Below, piece after piece: positions 40,250-53,329 of a DNA stretch of 64,000 nt. Made by a program: the position numbers and the translations under genes. This DNA is from Felis catus. Its lineage: Eukaryota. Under the pieces are notes generated by a model that saw only the letters and a program-made list of their open reading frames with translations, searched no databases and had not been told where the DNA came from. The stretch spans positions 25,732,001 to 25,796,000 of the forward strand of contig NC_058368.1 of NCBI RefSeq assembly GCF_018350175.1, in the 5' to 3' direction. How positions within the stretch are numbered: position 1 is the first letter of the stretch; every line of letters starts with the position of its first letter.

Positions 40250-41930
40250 CTATACACTGTCCCATTTTTCTGCCTCTCTTCTCAGCAAAGCGCTTTGAAA
40301 GCATTGTCTCTGCTGGCTGACTACAGTTCCCCCCTTGCCATTTTGTTTTACTATAGACAGGCTCTACTCTCTACCACTCCACTGAAACTGATGACCCTAC
40401 TGACCAAGTATCTCCTCACTGCCAAGTCAATGTTTAATCCTCATCTTTAACGCCACTCAACAATATTTGAGAACTGTTTCCTCCTCCTTCAAACACTTTC
40501 TTCACTTGGCTTCAAGTCACCACAATCTCTCTTGATTTTCCTCATACTTCTCTGGCCTCTCCTTTTAGGTCCCGACACATCTAGATTCTCATCTCCCTGA
40601 CCTCTCACCTTTAAAAGGCTCTGGTTTCAGTCCTCAGACCACTCCTCTTCTCTACCCACACTCAACTTTATGTAATCTTATCCAGTCTCGTGACTTTAAA
40701 TACCATCTGTATGACAACTCCCAAATTTAGAGCAAATCCAGGCTCTCCCCCCAAATCCCAACTTATATATCTAACTGCCTACTCAAACTCTCCATCTGAA
40801 TATTCACTAGACATTTCAAACTTAAAATATCCATACCAGAACTCTAATTTCTCCATCATAAACGTGTTCCTCATGCAGTTTTCCATGTCTCAGCAAAAGC
40901 TCCATTCTTCCAGGTACTCAGGCTGAAACTCCGTGGAGTTACTCTGAATAGCTCCTTTTATCTCACATTCCACATCCAACTGAATGACACATCCAGTCAG
41001 CAATACCTTCAAATTGTATTAGGACTCCAGCCCCTTCTCACCAATTCCAGGCTTACCATCCTAATGCAAGCCACCATCACTTTTTTTTATAATCACATTG
41101 GCCTCCTATCCGATTTCCTACCTTCCACTCTTGTCCACACCTAGCTTATTCTCGATACAGCAGCCAGAGTCATCATCTTAAAACATTAAGTAAAATGATA
41201 CTGTTCTGCTCAAAGCCTTTCAATTATTTAATAGACATGTACATAGTGCCTACTACAAGCCAGGTACTTTTCTAATCACTTTACAAATGTTACTTCACTT
41301 AATCCTCAGAACAACTCTATTATTATCCCATCTTTGCAGATAAAGAAAATGAGACCAGAGAGTTATTATTTGCCAAGGTTCTCACAATTACTAGTGAAGC
41401 CAGGATTCTAACCTAGGCAGTCTAGTTCCATAATCACCGTGCCACGTTGCCAGCTCTACGGCTACTGGCTCCCCATGTCACTCAGAGTAAAAATCCTATA
41501 ACGTCTTGCATGTTTCAGGCCCCTGCTAGCCCATGGCCTCATCTCCTTCTACTTTCTCTCACTCGCTTGACTCTAACCACACGGACCAGCACCTCGTGTC
41601 TGCAGGCCACTGAATTGCTGTTATCTCTGGAAAACTCTTCCCCCAGATATCTGGAGGGCATGCCCCCATAATATCCTTTAGGTCTCTGATCACAGACCAC
41701 CTTATCAGTGAGGCCCTTTCCCCACCCTATTTAAAACAGCATCCCCAGCTACTTTCTATACATTTTACCTTATTTATTTTTCTTCAGAGCACTTATCACC
41801 TGCTATATATGTATTTGTTTACCATCTCTTCTCCCTCCCCATTAGAATGTAATCTACAGAAGGCAGATATTTTGTCTGTTTGTTTACTGCTATATCCCTA
41901 GCAGCTAGAATAGCCTGGCATTTTGCAGAA
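40250..41930 (+). mobile_element. L2 fragment with an internal MIR (about 41240-41440)
   Basis: ccactccactgaaactg ... tgactttaaataccatctgtatgacaactcccaaattt ... tgtctgtttgtttactgctatatccctagca. Confidence 0.75.
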
Positions 41931-43766
41931 GGAGTTATTTTAACAACTGAATATTGAAGAAACATGAGCTAATGTTAATGTAATAAAAATGACAGCAGTT
42001 AACAATGGTGGCATTACTGGGATACATCTACGATACAGAATTTAATTTTAATATACCTCACTGCATTCTCAGAGAGAAATCTATTTCAGAGATCTACCTT
42101 AGAATAAGGGGAAGGAAGAAAGACACCAATAGTGAAGTACATCATTTTCCAGTTTGCCTCTGTCCCTTATTGCTGGTTCTCTGAAATGCTATTAAGATAA
42201 AGAAAAGACAAAAATATTTTAGAGCACAGGAACACCTGAGGGGACCACACTTCTTTACTACACTAACCAGGTCAGAAGAGTCTCTGATCAAACTGCTAAA
42301 GATGACAATTTAGGCCACCAAACAACCAGAAGTTCTAAGTACAATATATATCATACACTAAAACAAATTAAGAATCAAATTCAGGGGTGACTGGGTGGCT
42401 CAGTCAGTTGACCATCCGACTCTTGATTTTTGCCCAGGTCATGATCCCAGGGTTACGCTGAGCATGGTGGAACCTGCTAGAGATATGCTCTTTCTCTCTC
42501 CCTCTCTCTTTCTCTCTCTCCCCTTTTGCCTCTACCCCATTTGCATCACTCTCTCTCTTAAAGAAATCAAATTCACTACAATACATTGCATCTAATACGA
42601 AGCAACTGACAACTTAAAAAAAGAATATGCTTCAGAAGTTAATTGATAAAAATAAGTTTGGAACTCATACTGCATTGTCATCATTATAATAAAATTGTAA
42701 ATTCCCAGGGAACCCCACCAGCTTATTTAATTCAAAAGGTTGCCAAAATTCTATACCCTTTTGATGAAAAACAGAACACAATGAGGATAGTATGTCAATC
42801 ATATACACATAACTCAAAAGCAAGAACTTATGGAAATGAGCTTCCCAGAAGTTCCAGCCCATCAGCATTAAGTCTGGAAAAAAGGGAGGGAGACGGGGAA
42901 GGAAAACTGATATGGTCCCAAGCCTCTAAAAAAACTTTTTTTTTTTGAAGGGTTGAAGTTTTAAAACATTTTCTTTTCTTTTATGTTTTAACAAAATTGT
43001 ATATATTTAAGGTATACAACATGATTATTTGATATACATAGTAAACTGGTTACTAGAGTCAAGCTAATTAACATATCATGTCCTCACATAATTCTTTTAT
43101 AAGAACACCCGAATTCTACTCTCTTGTACATTTTCCCAAAACACTCTTGTCAACATGTCACGTATGAGATATGTGTTGTTTCCACCGTCTCCACATTCAT
43201 TAAAGAAAATTAGATGCAGACAAGATAATAGGCACAAAAGGAAATGTTTTCTCAGATTTCCAAAAACAACGACAGAAAATGGCTCACTTAAGCAATACTT
43301 CCTCGGGGAAATTTCCCTTGACCCTTTAAACTAAGTCAAACTCCTTTATTATCCACACCCACAGAACAGTATTCGGGGCTTCGGTGTCCTTATCTGTCTG
43401 TAACTGTTTTCATTAGGACTAATATTTGATTGATGTCTGTCTCCTGCGGTAGACTGTAAATCCTAGTTCACAGAGCACGGGCCATGTCTGTTTCTGCTCA
43501 CCATGAAAGACTCGGAGCCCGGCACAATGGCCAGCAATCAAAGCTTGTGGGATGAACATACTCGCCCACCGGTTCAGTCCTGGCAGGCAGAGTACTAAGG
43601 TCAACCATGACTTTGGGGCCAAGGTGCTAAGGTGACATGTATAGACATTACTCCCCTAAGCTTCTCTGCCAACTTTGCTTCAGCAAATGTCCAGTTCCCC
43701 AACTACTAGTCTCCAAACCCTGTTTCTCCCAGAATACAAGCAAATTAAGGGCATTGCAATGGACAC

Positions 43767-44146
43767 TGTAAGTACAACCATTTCCCCATTTAGGACCAAA
43801 GGCCTTATCCTCCTAGCTACTGGGAGTGTGGCCACAAGTTAGCCCTTAGCTGTTAGCCCTCTTTCACATTGTCTTCACTGAAGAGAGGCCCTTTTGCCAA
43901 ATTCATGCACTCTTCCTGGGACAAACCACATGCAATGATTGGTCAATACAGGGTATACCTCACCCCAACTCATGACACCTGGAGGGCTCCCTATGGAATC
44001 CTCCTCAGCTCTCCTACAGACTGCATTATACCCTGTGCCCAATTCTGTTTAAGTCTTTTTCCTTCCACAGGTGATGATCCCAAGAGTACTCCCTATTAAA
44101 CCTAATCATTTTGGAATCAGCTTCCCAGGAAATCCAATCTATGACA
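43767..44146 (+). mobile_element. LTR16-like ERVL LTR
   Basis: gatcccaagagtactccctattaaacc ... cagcttcccaggaaatccaatctatgaca. Confidence 0.6.
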
Positions 44147-44272
44147 GGCAGCTTTTACTCCCATGTTTTTTGAAGATCACCATAAGGAGCTGACAAGACC
44201 CAAGGTCACAGATATGAAATCCCCACATCACCTCTATTCCCTAGGGAGATAACTCATAAAAGAGCCCTAAGA

Positions 44273-44490
44273 TGGGGCGCCTGGGTGGCGCAGTCGGTTA
44301 AGCATCCGACTTCAGCCAGGTCACGACCTCGCGGTCCGTGAGTTCGAGCCCCGCGTCAGGCTCTGGGCTGATGGCTCAGAGCCTGGAGCCTGTTTCAGAT
44401 TCTGTGTCTCCCTCTCTCTCTGGCCCTCCCCTGTTCATGCTCTGTCTCTCTCTGTCCCAAAAATAAATAAACGTTGAAAAAAAAAAAAAA
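44273..44490 (+). mobile_element. Young SINEC_Fc with TSD aaaagagccctaag, followed by an inverted older SINE (about 44560-44743)
   Basis: TSD read on both flanks. Confidence 0.94.
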
Positions 44491-46118
44491 AAAAGAGCCC
44501 TAAGCTGTAAAAAGGACATTTCCCATCTTAGCATATAAACAGACCTAAATTTGTTTGTGGTTTTAGGTTGATTTATTTGAGACGGAGAGTGCACACGCAC
44601 ACGAGAGTGCGTGGGGGAGGGGCAGGGAGGAAGGGAGAGAGAGCATCTCAAACTGGCTCCACACACAATCTCACAAACCGCATCATCACCTGAACCGAAA
44701 TCAAAAGCCAGCTGCTTAACCAACTGAGCCACCCAGGCACCCCAACAGATCTCTAAATTTAAATCACTATACCATGGTTGAGTAAAATAACCTCCCGAAG
44801 CTTCAATTTCATTGTCTGAAAAACACACAGTAACTATCTACTTCCCAGGTTTGCTTTGTATAAAATATTAGGCATATATGAAAGGTAAGTTCCTTTTTCT
44901 CCTGCAAGGGTTAGGGGTATCACCCATTCCAGTAGCATCTCTCTCTGGTATACAGCTTTCTCTCTGGCCACTAATGTCCAATGGTTTACCTATCTATGAA
45001 AAAAATAGAAGCTGTACTTGCTGGCATTTCAGTTGTTGAATGAAGGACATAATATTCACTGGGGATGATGTCCATCCCTTCTGTCCTGATCCTCTTCTCC
45101 AACAAACATGAGTCAAAATGCCTAAAAGAGGAAGACTGTGCTAGAAACACATCTTTTTCCTGGCTAGAAAGCTGTTGCTTAGACCTACTGCAAACTTTCT
45201 AAATACCTCCACTTGTTCTTCCCCCAAAAAGAGGTAGCATTTGTTATAACTCAGGTCTCGGTATGATATTCACTACTTATGAAAATCCCGCCACTCCTAA
45301 TAACCTTGCTAGCTTTATCTCCTTTTTTCCCATCATGTACCTTACCCTCCAGCCAACCATAACTAGAGATGATTTTTCCAGAAGTCTAAATATGGAAGCC
45401 AAACAACTAGGCTAAAATACTTTTAAACATCCTATAATTTTTACATCATGATTTAAGGTAAATCATGATGTAAGGTGTGTAACAGTGTTGTGACCAGTTG
45501 CCAACCTAACAGTAGCACAGACTGGGCAACAGGAACAGGGTAATGCAAACTACAAAGGACTAGCTTCCTGACAAGGAAGGTAAAAACTGTGACTTTATGT
45601 TTTAGCAGATGACATCTATCATAAAGTTAAATTCAATCGTGTCTATTACCTATCAAAACTTGTTTGGATCATCAGTCTTTGAAGATTTTCAAAGCTCCCA
45701 GAAATGGCATTTCATGAAGCCAGAACAGTACAGGTACTGGATACTCTGGGACACATTCTACTACATTTGCTGTTTCTGGAACACACTCTAGTTCTCCCCA
45801 GCAGTGTTGGGAAGTTTTTCCTAACTGATCAATTTCATAAGCTCTTCTTAAATGTAAACTTCCCCATGAAGCCTCCCCTGTTCCAGCCAGAAAAACAACT
45901 ATTTTCCTGCTCAAAACTGTCAGAGATCTTAGGTGTATATACCTTACTGTATTTATCCTGTTTTATGCCTTTCTAGTGATGGAATTAATAGGTACAAGAT
46001 GGCCCATAAACTTTGAGATCCTCTAGAAAGAAATTTACATATCTTGCAACAAATGATCCTCAAAGAACAGAACTCAAAGTATTATAGTGAAAATATTAAC
46101 ATAAAAAGACCTGAAATC

Positions 46119-46153
46119 TTTTATTTATTTTTAGTGAGAGAGTGAGAGAGTGA

Positions 46154-46191
<38 letters not shown>

Positions 46192-46449
46192 ATGAGTGGG
46201 GAAAGGTCATGGGGGAGAATCCCAAGTAGGCTTTGCCTTGTCAGTGCAGAGCCTGAAGACACAGGGCTCAATCCCATGACCGTGAGATCATGACCTAAGC
46301 CACAATCAAGAGTTGGACGCTTGGGGGACCTGGGTGGCTCAATCGTTAAGCAGTTGACTTCAGCTCAGGTCATGATCTCACGGTTCGTGGGTTCGAGCCC
46401 TGCAATGGGCTCTATGCTGACAGTCCAGAGCCTGGAGCCCATTTTGGAT

Positions 46450-46501
<52 letters not shown>

Positions 46502-46609
46502 CCTCCCCCACTCGCACTCTGTCTCTCAAAAATAAACGTTAAAAAAAAAAAAACAGTAAAAAAATAAAAAGAGTCAGACACGTAACCAACTGATCCACCC
46601 AGGCACCTC
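46119..46609. mobile_element. Minus-strand SINE split by a plus-strand SINE (about 46323-46568)
   Basis: Outer TSD agacctgaaat; the outer element resumes at gagtcagacacgtaaccaactg. Confidence 0.88.
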
Positions 46610-47407
46610 AGACCTGAAATTGGTGTGTAATTCTATTCACAAATTCTGACTGGATAAAAACAAAGACACACTTTCTAATCAATACGTTATATTTTAATAT
46701 CACACAAGGAAAGCTGAAAATGAAACTGACCATTACAATTTGATGTAGTCATGTAATTTATTCCTATAATTCAGAGATGAAAATCCAAGTATGCTCAAGT
46801 ATGGGCATGAAAATCACACTGGATACTAAGGCCGGGGCAAATGAAACAAATTCAAAATACCTGAGAGCTGTTCAAATCAAACCCCACTGTCTACTGGGTC
46901 TCCTTTAATGGAGCAGAAACAAAAGCTGTCAAAGGGGGTGTCTGAGTGGCTCAGTCAGTTAAGCGTGTGACTCCTGATTTCGGCTCAGGTCATGATCTCA
47001 TGGTTCGTGAGCTCGAGCCCCATTTCAGGCTCCGCACTGGCAGTGTAGAGCCTGGTCAAGATTCTCTGTCTCCCTCTCTCTCTGTCTCTCCCCTGCTTGC
47101 TTTCTCTCTCCTCAAAATAAAAAAATATTTTTTTTTTAAAAAGTTGTCAAAGAAAGAACATGAGTAGACTGTAGAGCAGAAAGCATTTGCTACCAATTCT
47201 CATCATCTTTCGGAGATACATTTGTAAAGGACAAGAACTGGCAAGAAAGTCCTTTCACACCCTGGAAAGACCTATGTGCAAGCCTGTTATTTTCTTTAAT
47301 ATATAAGATTAGAAAAAGAAGATATACTGTATGCCAAGTTGACAGGAAGAAATTGTGATACTGCAAACAATAAGTAATGTAACAACTAACTTTACAAAAC
47401 AAGAACA

Positions 47408-47903
47408 GGGATGGCTGGATGGCTTAGTCGGTTGAGCATCCAACTTCAGCTCAGATCATGACTCTGCAGTCTGTGAGTTCGAGCCCAATGTCAGGCTCTG
47501 TGCTGACAGCTCAGAGCCTGGAGCCTGCTTCAGATTCTGTCTCCCTCTCTGTCTCTGCTCCTCCCCAGCTTGTGCTCTTTCTGTCTCTCAAAAATAAATA
47601 AACATTAAAAAAAAAGAAGTACAAATTGTTGAGTTCTTTTTAAACAGATAAAAGGTATTCAAATACCCATACGTGAGAGAATACTAATGTTTTTTTAAAT
47701 TTCATTTTAGATTGTATTCTTTCACATCTTCATTTAGTCAGTCACCATATCCCGACAATTTTTACTGAAAAAGTTTCCCTAACTCCTCAGAGTTATCACA
47801 TACCTATGATGCCGTGATAATTTTTGATTTTTTAATTTTATTTTGAAAGTTTATTCATTCTTGAGAGACAGAGACAGAGCATGAGTGGGGGAGGGGCAGA
47901 GAG

Positions 47904-47957
<54 letters not shown>

Positions 47958-48089
47958 CAGAATCTGAAGCAGGTTCCAGGCTCTGAGCTGTCAGTACAGA
48001 GCCCAACGTGGGGCTCAAACTCACAAACCATGAGATCATGACCTGAGCCGAAGTTGGACACCTAACCAACCGGGCCACCCAGGCGCCCC
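47408..48089. mobile_element. Inverted SINE pair (+ about 47408-47615, - about 47820-48089)
   Basis: Heads and tails read directly. Confidence 0.9.
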
Positions 48090-49104
48090 ATGTGATTTTT
48101 TAAAATTTTGACTCTGCTAATCTTCCTCTCAAGCTTCCCCTGCCCCCCTGAATTATCTGCATCTTTGCCTTACTCAAAACCCTCCAAAAGGTTCCTCACT
48201 TCCTGTAGACTAAAGTTAAGACATCCCCATTTCACAATAGGATAAGTATATGGTCCCAACTTTCTTTACACAAACCCTCTTGTCTAGGCATAATAATCTC
48301 CTTTGTTTTACAGGACACACCATGTTAACATGCATTTTCAGTCTTGCATTTCTGTTCCACTCTCCGTAATATACTATGTTAATGCCTCAGTCCACCCATC
48401 CAAATCGTGTAAGGCGAACAATATTCACTGAGCATTTACTGTGCTCCAAGAACTAATGCATCATCTCAAGTTCCACTATTTTTTCAAGCTCTTTCAGTCT
48501 GCAAGGGAGATCTCCTCCTTCATGATTCTCCTCCATTGGGCATGCAGTAGGAGAAATACAATAGGAGAAATTTACCCCGGCCTTTTAGGTCATACTGATA
48601 TAGCTGTGAGATCAAATGAGCACCAGAGAGTAAAGCTGGAGTTGAGGAATAAAAACTAAGAGACTGTTCATTCATTCATTACGTATATGTTGAGCAATTC
48701 CATGTGCGAAACACAATTCCGGTTGAGACAAGAAAAGAGTCCGTTTTCATGGAATGTGACTGTGTGAGTGCACCCTGCACCGGCACTAGAGAGAAGGAGG
48801 TAACCAACACCGAACACATGAGTACACAATCACTTTAGAATGTGATAAGTGCTTTGAAAAATATAGTACAGGTCTGACATGCTACCAACTGATCATAAGG
48901 GAGCTATTTTCGAGAGGTGGACAGGAAGCGCCTGATTTAACTGATGGAATACCCAGCCATGTGACAAAAGTTAAGAAAAATTAAACCAAAGGTCCTACAC
49001 TTCAAAGACCATCATTATCACATTTTGAACATACATGTGTCTAAAGCTCCCCTAAGAGGCAACACTCTTCAATACGTAAAAGTAAAGCAAAGAAATAAAC
49101 TTTG

Positions 49105-49322
49105 GGAGGCGCCTAGGTGACTCAGTCGGTTCAGCGCCGGACTCTGGATTTCAGATCAGGTCCTGATCTCACGGTTCCCGAGTTCCAGCCCTGCCACCGG
49201 CTCTGCGCTTGACAGCCCCGAGCCTGCTTGGGATTCTTTCTCTCCCACTCTCTCTGCCCCTCCCCTGCTTGCACGCGCGCTCTCGCTCTCTCAAAATAAA
49301 TAATCTTAAAAAAAAAAAAAAA
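49105..49322 (+). mobile_element. CpG-retaining SINE near the CpG island
   Basis: gggaggcgcctaggtgactcagtcgg head; A-tail. Confidence 0.9.
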
Positions 49323-49799
49323 GGAAAAGGAAAGCACAAATACTGTGCTCACTCGGGGCTAATCAAGACTGCTGTTAAAAAAAAAACAAAACACTTATTG
49401 ACGGCGGTGCTCTAGAAGAACACTCCAATTCAATGGCCTCTGCTTCCGTGAGTTCAGAGATCTCTCAGCTCTCCTGGGAACTCCAATAAGGGCCATCAAC
49501 CTAAAAGAACACGTTAAGGGCCAACAGGGACCCGTTCTACTTTCTGGACGAGAAAACTGTCCAGAAGCTTTCACTCAACCTCTCTATGCAGACTCGTGAC
49601 TAAAATCACTTTCACCCAAAGAAGATACAGAAATTCTTCAGTCTGGGGTACAATACACCACTCAAGTCGGAGAACACCAGGACAGGACCCCATAAAAACG
49701 ACATGGTGGGAAAAGGAATCCGTACCAGGCAGGTTCGGACTCCAAAGTCGCAAAGACACTGAAAAAGTCCCTCAATTAACTTCCTCGTCTGCAAACTAG

Positions 49800-50290
49800 C
49801 ACAACGACTCCTGCCTCCGAAGATGTGTGTGGCTCTAACGAGACGGCTGCAGAGAACTTTAAAAGACGCACGGAGTGGGACAGTCTCAAGTCATTTAAAC
49901 TACTTAAACTAGCAGGAGCGCAAGCCGGAGCCGCGCGCACACACCTTGACGAGCCACACTCCGGTGTTCTGTTTGGCGCCGGTCAAATCGAGTTCCCCAC
50001 GTTCGGCCATGGGTCTGTTGACGGCAGAGGCGAACCGGCCAGAGCAGCGGCCCGGGAAGCTGGGGTCCTGCGGCACGAAGGACTGGAGAACCCGGTACGC
50101 CGCGGCCAGGCGCTGACTGAAGAAGCCGAGTCCACCCGCCAGGATATTGGGAATCCCCGGAAAGAGAAACACGCCGCTGGGAGGCGGGAACTGCGCCTGC
50201 GCACTGCCACCGCCAATACGGCGCGCCGGTGTGGACAAACTTCCTGGTTAGGCACCTTCTTGAGTGGGCGTGGTTACGGTAGCTGGTTGT
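49800..50290 (-). promoter_or_regulatory. GTF2F2: GTF2F2 CpG-island promoter and 5' UTR
   Basis: The one markedly CpG-dense non-repeat stretch; NRF1-like TGCGCCTGCGCA (50192-50203), CCAAT (near 50212-50216), ETS core CAGGAAGT on minus (near 50239-50246), pyrimidine initiator CTCTTTCC (50166-50159); no TATA box seen. Confidence 0.88.
49945..50010 (-). CDS. GTF2F2: GTF2F2 coding exon 1 (MAERGELDLTGAKQNTGVWLVK)
   Basis: ATG at 50010-50008 in gacccATGG context; 22 codons matching the RAP30 N-terminus as I recall it; donor AAG|GTGTGT at 49944; lies inside the CpG island. Confidence 0.98.
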
Positions 50291-52311
50291 GTCTGAGTGA
50301 TGAAGACACAGGGTGGGAGGAGACAAAATGTCCACAATACATTTAAAGACCAGGTCAGCATAAGTGAAGAAAGACAGCATCAAAACAGAAAAATGGGGTT
50401 CAAAGAGACAAAGGCTGTAAATTTATGTCCAACCCTGGTCAAGGAAAAAGAAACATTTTTGGAGGCCAGGGTCGGAGTAATAAAAAGAATAAGTTAATTA
50501 GCACACGTGGGCACTGTGATCGGACTGTGTAGCCTTGGGTATACTGAAAACATTGTTTGTAGACCCGCAAAAAATAAAATAAAGTAAGAGTGTCTCAAGT
50601 GAGAGGCTACCCTGAGCACTTCCAATTAAACAAGCAGAGAGCGGCTCTTTCAGATTTCAAAACCCCGAGTCTATATAATTAGGTCAATTACAGTAGACAT
50701 GTAAGATAAACCTGATTGTTAAATACCCGGCTTAAAGAGTTTCCTCTCTGTCTTCTCGCCTCTAGCATAAAATTCAATCCTCTTTACAAAGACCCTCCTT
50801 ATTTGATCTCTGCCACTCGATCTATCACACATCCAACCACATGCAATCATCAGACCTCCCAAACAGGTCAGGATCTTCTTCCTCAACTATTTCATAGCCT
50901 CTGCACACGGAATGCCCTTTACTCATAAATAGATGCCCTATTCTTCCCTTACCCTCATTCTCACCAGTGTCCTCTGATTGGCAAACTCCTACTTGGGTTT
51001 CAAGACTTATGGAAATGTCACTTCCTATGAAACCTTTTATTAACTTCCCCAGAGGAAGTTGGTTTTTCTTCACATCACAGTGTGATACTTATCACCCTGC
51101 ACTATGTATACATGTTTACATGCTGCCTTTGCTTTCTAGACTATGAACTCCTCCTAGGTGGAAATAATGTTTTATTCATTTTATATCCACAACAGCTAAC
51201 ACAGTGCCTGACACATTGTCAGATTTCAATAGGCTTTAGCCGAATGAACATTTGCTGAAAGAGAAACAAACAGTAAAACACTGTAAGAATGGCAAGTAAT
51301 GTATTGAATCATGCATCAGAGCCATGTGCACAATTGAGGAAATTCTGTGTCTGTGCAGCACAGAGCCAGGAAAAGTTATCAGGTTTCTGTAATCAGCTGG
51401 GAAAACTAATAGGAAAGATGGGAGACCAGGCATGGGTTGAAAAGGAAGGTTACATTCTTGTGTCACAGCTTACAAAAGGGTCTTAAAACATATAAAGGGT
51501 CAAGAGACCTGCTTTGAGCTTTGATCTTGATCAAATAGAAGGAATAGATTGAGATATGAGACCATGAGAAAATGGAGCCTGGAGCACCCCAGTAATGGAC
51601 TTAAAAGGATTAAGACCTTGATCTATGGATCACAGGAAGACTTAATATGAGTGTGTGTGTGTGGATGGGTGCATGTACAGGGAATGAGGGAGAACAAATG
51701 GGAAAAGAAGAAATGGTGAGAGAAGAAAAAAGTGCAAGAATTTGAAATGATTACATAGGGCGGGGCACCTGCCTGGCTCAATCAGTAGGGCATGCAACTC
51801 TTGATCTCTGGGTTGTGAGCTCAAGCCCCAGGTTGAGCAAACAAACAAACAAACACGTGATTACATAGGGAAGGGTAAAAAAAACTATTTAGCACCCCAT
51901 CCCCATACAGTGTTGAACAAGAAATAAACTTTTTTTTCTTTAAGTTTATTTATTTTGAGAGAAAGAAGAAGGGGCAGAGAGAGAGAGAGGAAGGGGCAGA
52001 GAGAGAGGGAGGAGCAGAGAGAGAGAGAATCCCAAATAGGCTCCGCACTGTCAGTGCCGAGCCCTATGGGGGGCTCAATCCTACCATGTGTGAGATCACA
52101 ACCTGGCCAAAGTCAAGAATTGGACACTTAACTGACTGAGCCACTCAGGCATCCCCAAGGATTAAAGTTTCATCTCTCCTTTTCAAACTCCCAGCTTGAA
52201 AAGGGATGCTGATGAGCTGTGAGAGAAAAGGAGGACATGGGCTCTGTCATTGCCAGGTGGACTGGGGAGATCACCAGGCACTGAAGCCTCCCCTCCAGCC
52301 TGTCCCTGGGA

Positions 52312-52520
52312 TGTTGTTGGAGGCTCTTAGTCTCTTTGCAAGAAAGAAATCAGGACCAGACCAGAAACAGTAGTTGAATTGTGCAAATGAAGAGTTGATT
52401 AGAGAGTCCAGGAGCACCTGCTGGGGTTCAGTTGGCTAAGCATCCGACTCTTGATTTGAGTTCATGGTTCATGAGATCCAGCCCCAAGTCAAGCTCTTTG
52501 CTGACGAGGAGCCTGCTTGG

Positions 52521-52580
<60 letters not shown>

Positions 52581-53235
52581 ACCTCTCCCCCTCTCATGAT
52601 CTCACTCTGTCTCTCTCTCAAAATAAATAAATAAACTTTAAAATAAAATGAGAGTCCACTCTCGAGATGTGAGAGCAGGGGAGTTCAAGGGAGAGCTGTG
52701 TGCCCTGGGATTTGGGTCCCTATCTTTCATTGACAGTTGTTACCAAGGGGATGGAATATTACCAAGGGGATGGACTTCTTTGGGAGCAAGGTTTTGCACC
52801 TTTTCTCCCTTACTTGATTAGGGTCTCTGGTCTTCCTCCTCTCAGGCCTGTCTGGTTTGATTCGGCTTCGTGTGGCTCTGTTTTTTTTTTTATTTTAATG
52901 TTTATTTATTTTAGGAAAAGAGAAAGAGAGAGAGCACACGCGCACAAGAGCGTGCACCAGTGTGGGGAGGGGCAGAGAGAGAGGGAGAGAGAGAGAATCC
53001 CAAGCAAGCTCTGTGCTGTCAGCACAGAACTGCAAATTCACAAACCCGTGAGATTGTGACCTGAGCTGAAATCAAGAGTCAGATGCTTAACCAACTCAAG
53101 ACACCCAGGTGCCCCTGTGGTTTTGTTTTAGAGAGTGCAGTCAGGAAAGGTATCTGATTTTCATGATAACGACCCTGACTCCCCCTTTGCTGGCCTCCAG
53201 CCATCCTGTTAGAACCTAACTAACTGCCTCTAACA
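52312..53235 (-). mobile_element. Solo LTR (family not assigned) containing two SINE insertions (about 52411-52630 +, 52880-53115 -)
   Basis: Termini tgtt...aaca; flanks ctggga (52306-52311) and ctgcga (53236-53241) form a near-TSD; inner SINE TSD gagagtcca. Confidence 0.65.
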
Positions 53236-53329
53236 CTGCGAACCAGATTCACAGATTCACTGTGGTGACCAGCAGGGTATTAGGTATCACAGTGAGATTT
53301 TTCTCCCTCCTGAGGGCCCATTATATGCC

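Noticed and set aside
49825..50346. 173-aa plus-strand ORF, and overlapping minus ORFs 49904-50383 and 49983-50255, as a novel antisense or overlapping gene
   Set aside because: Non-ATG or weak starts across a GC-rich island where stops are scarce; no recognisable domain; explained as shadows of GTF2F2 exon 1 and the promoter
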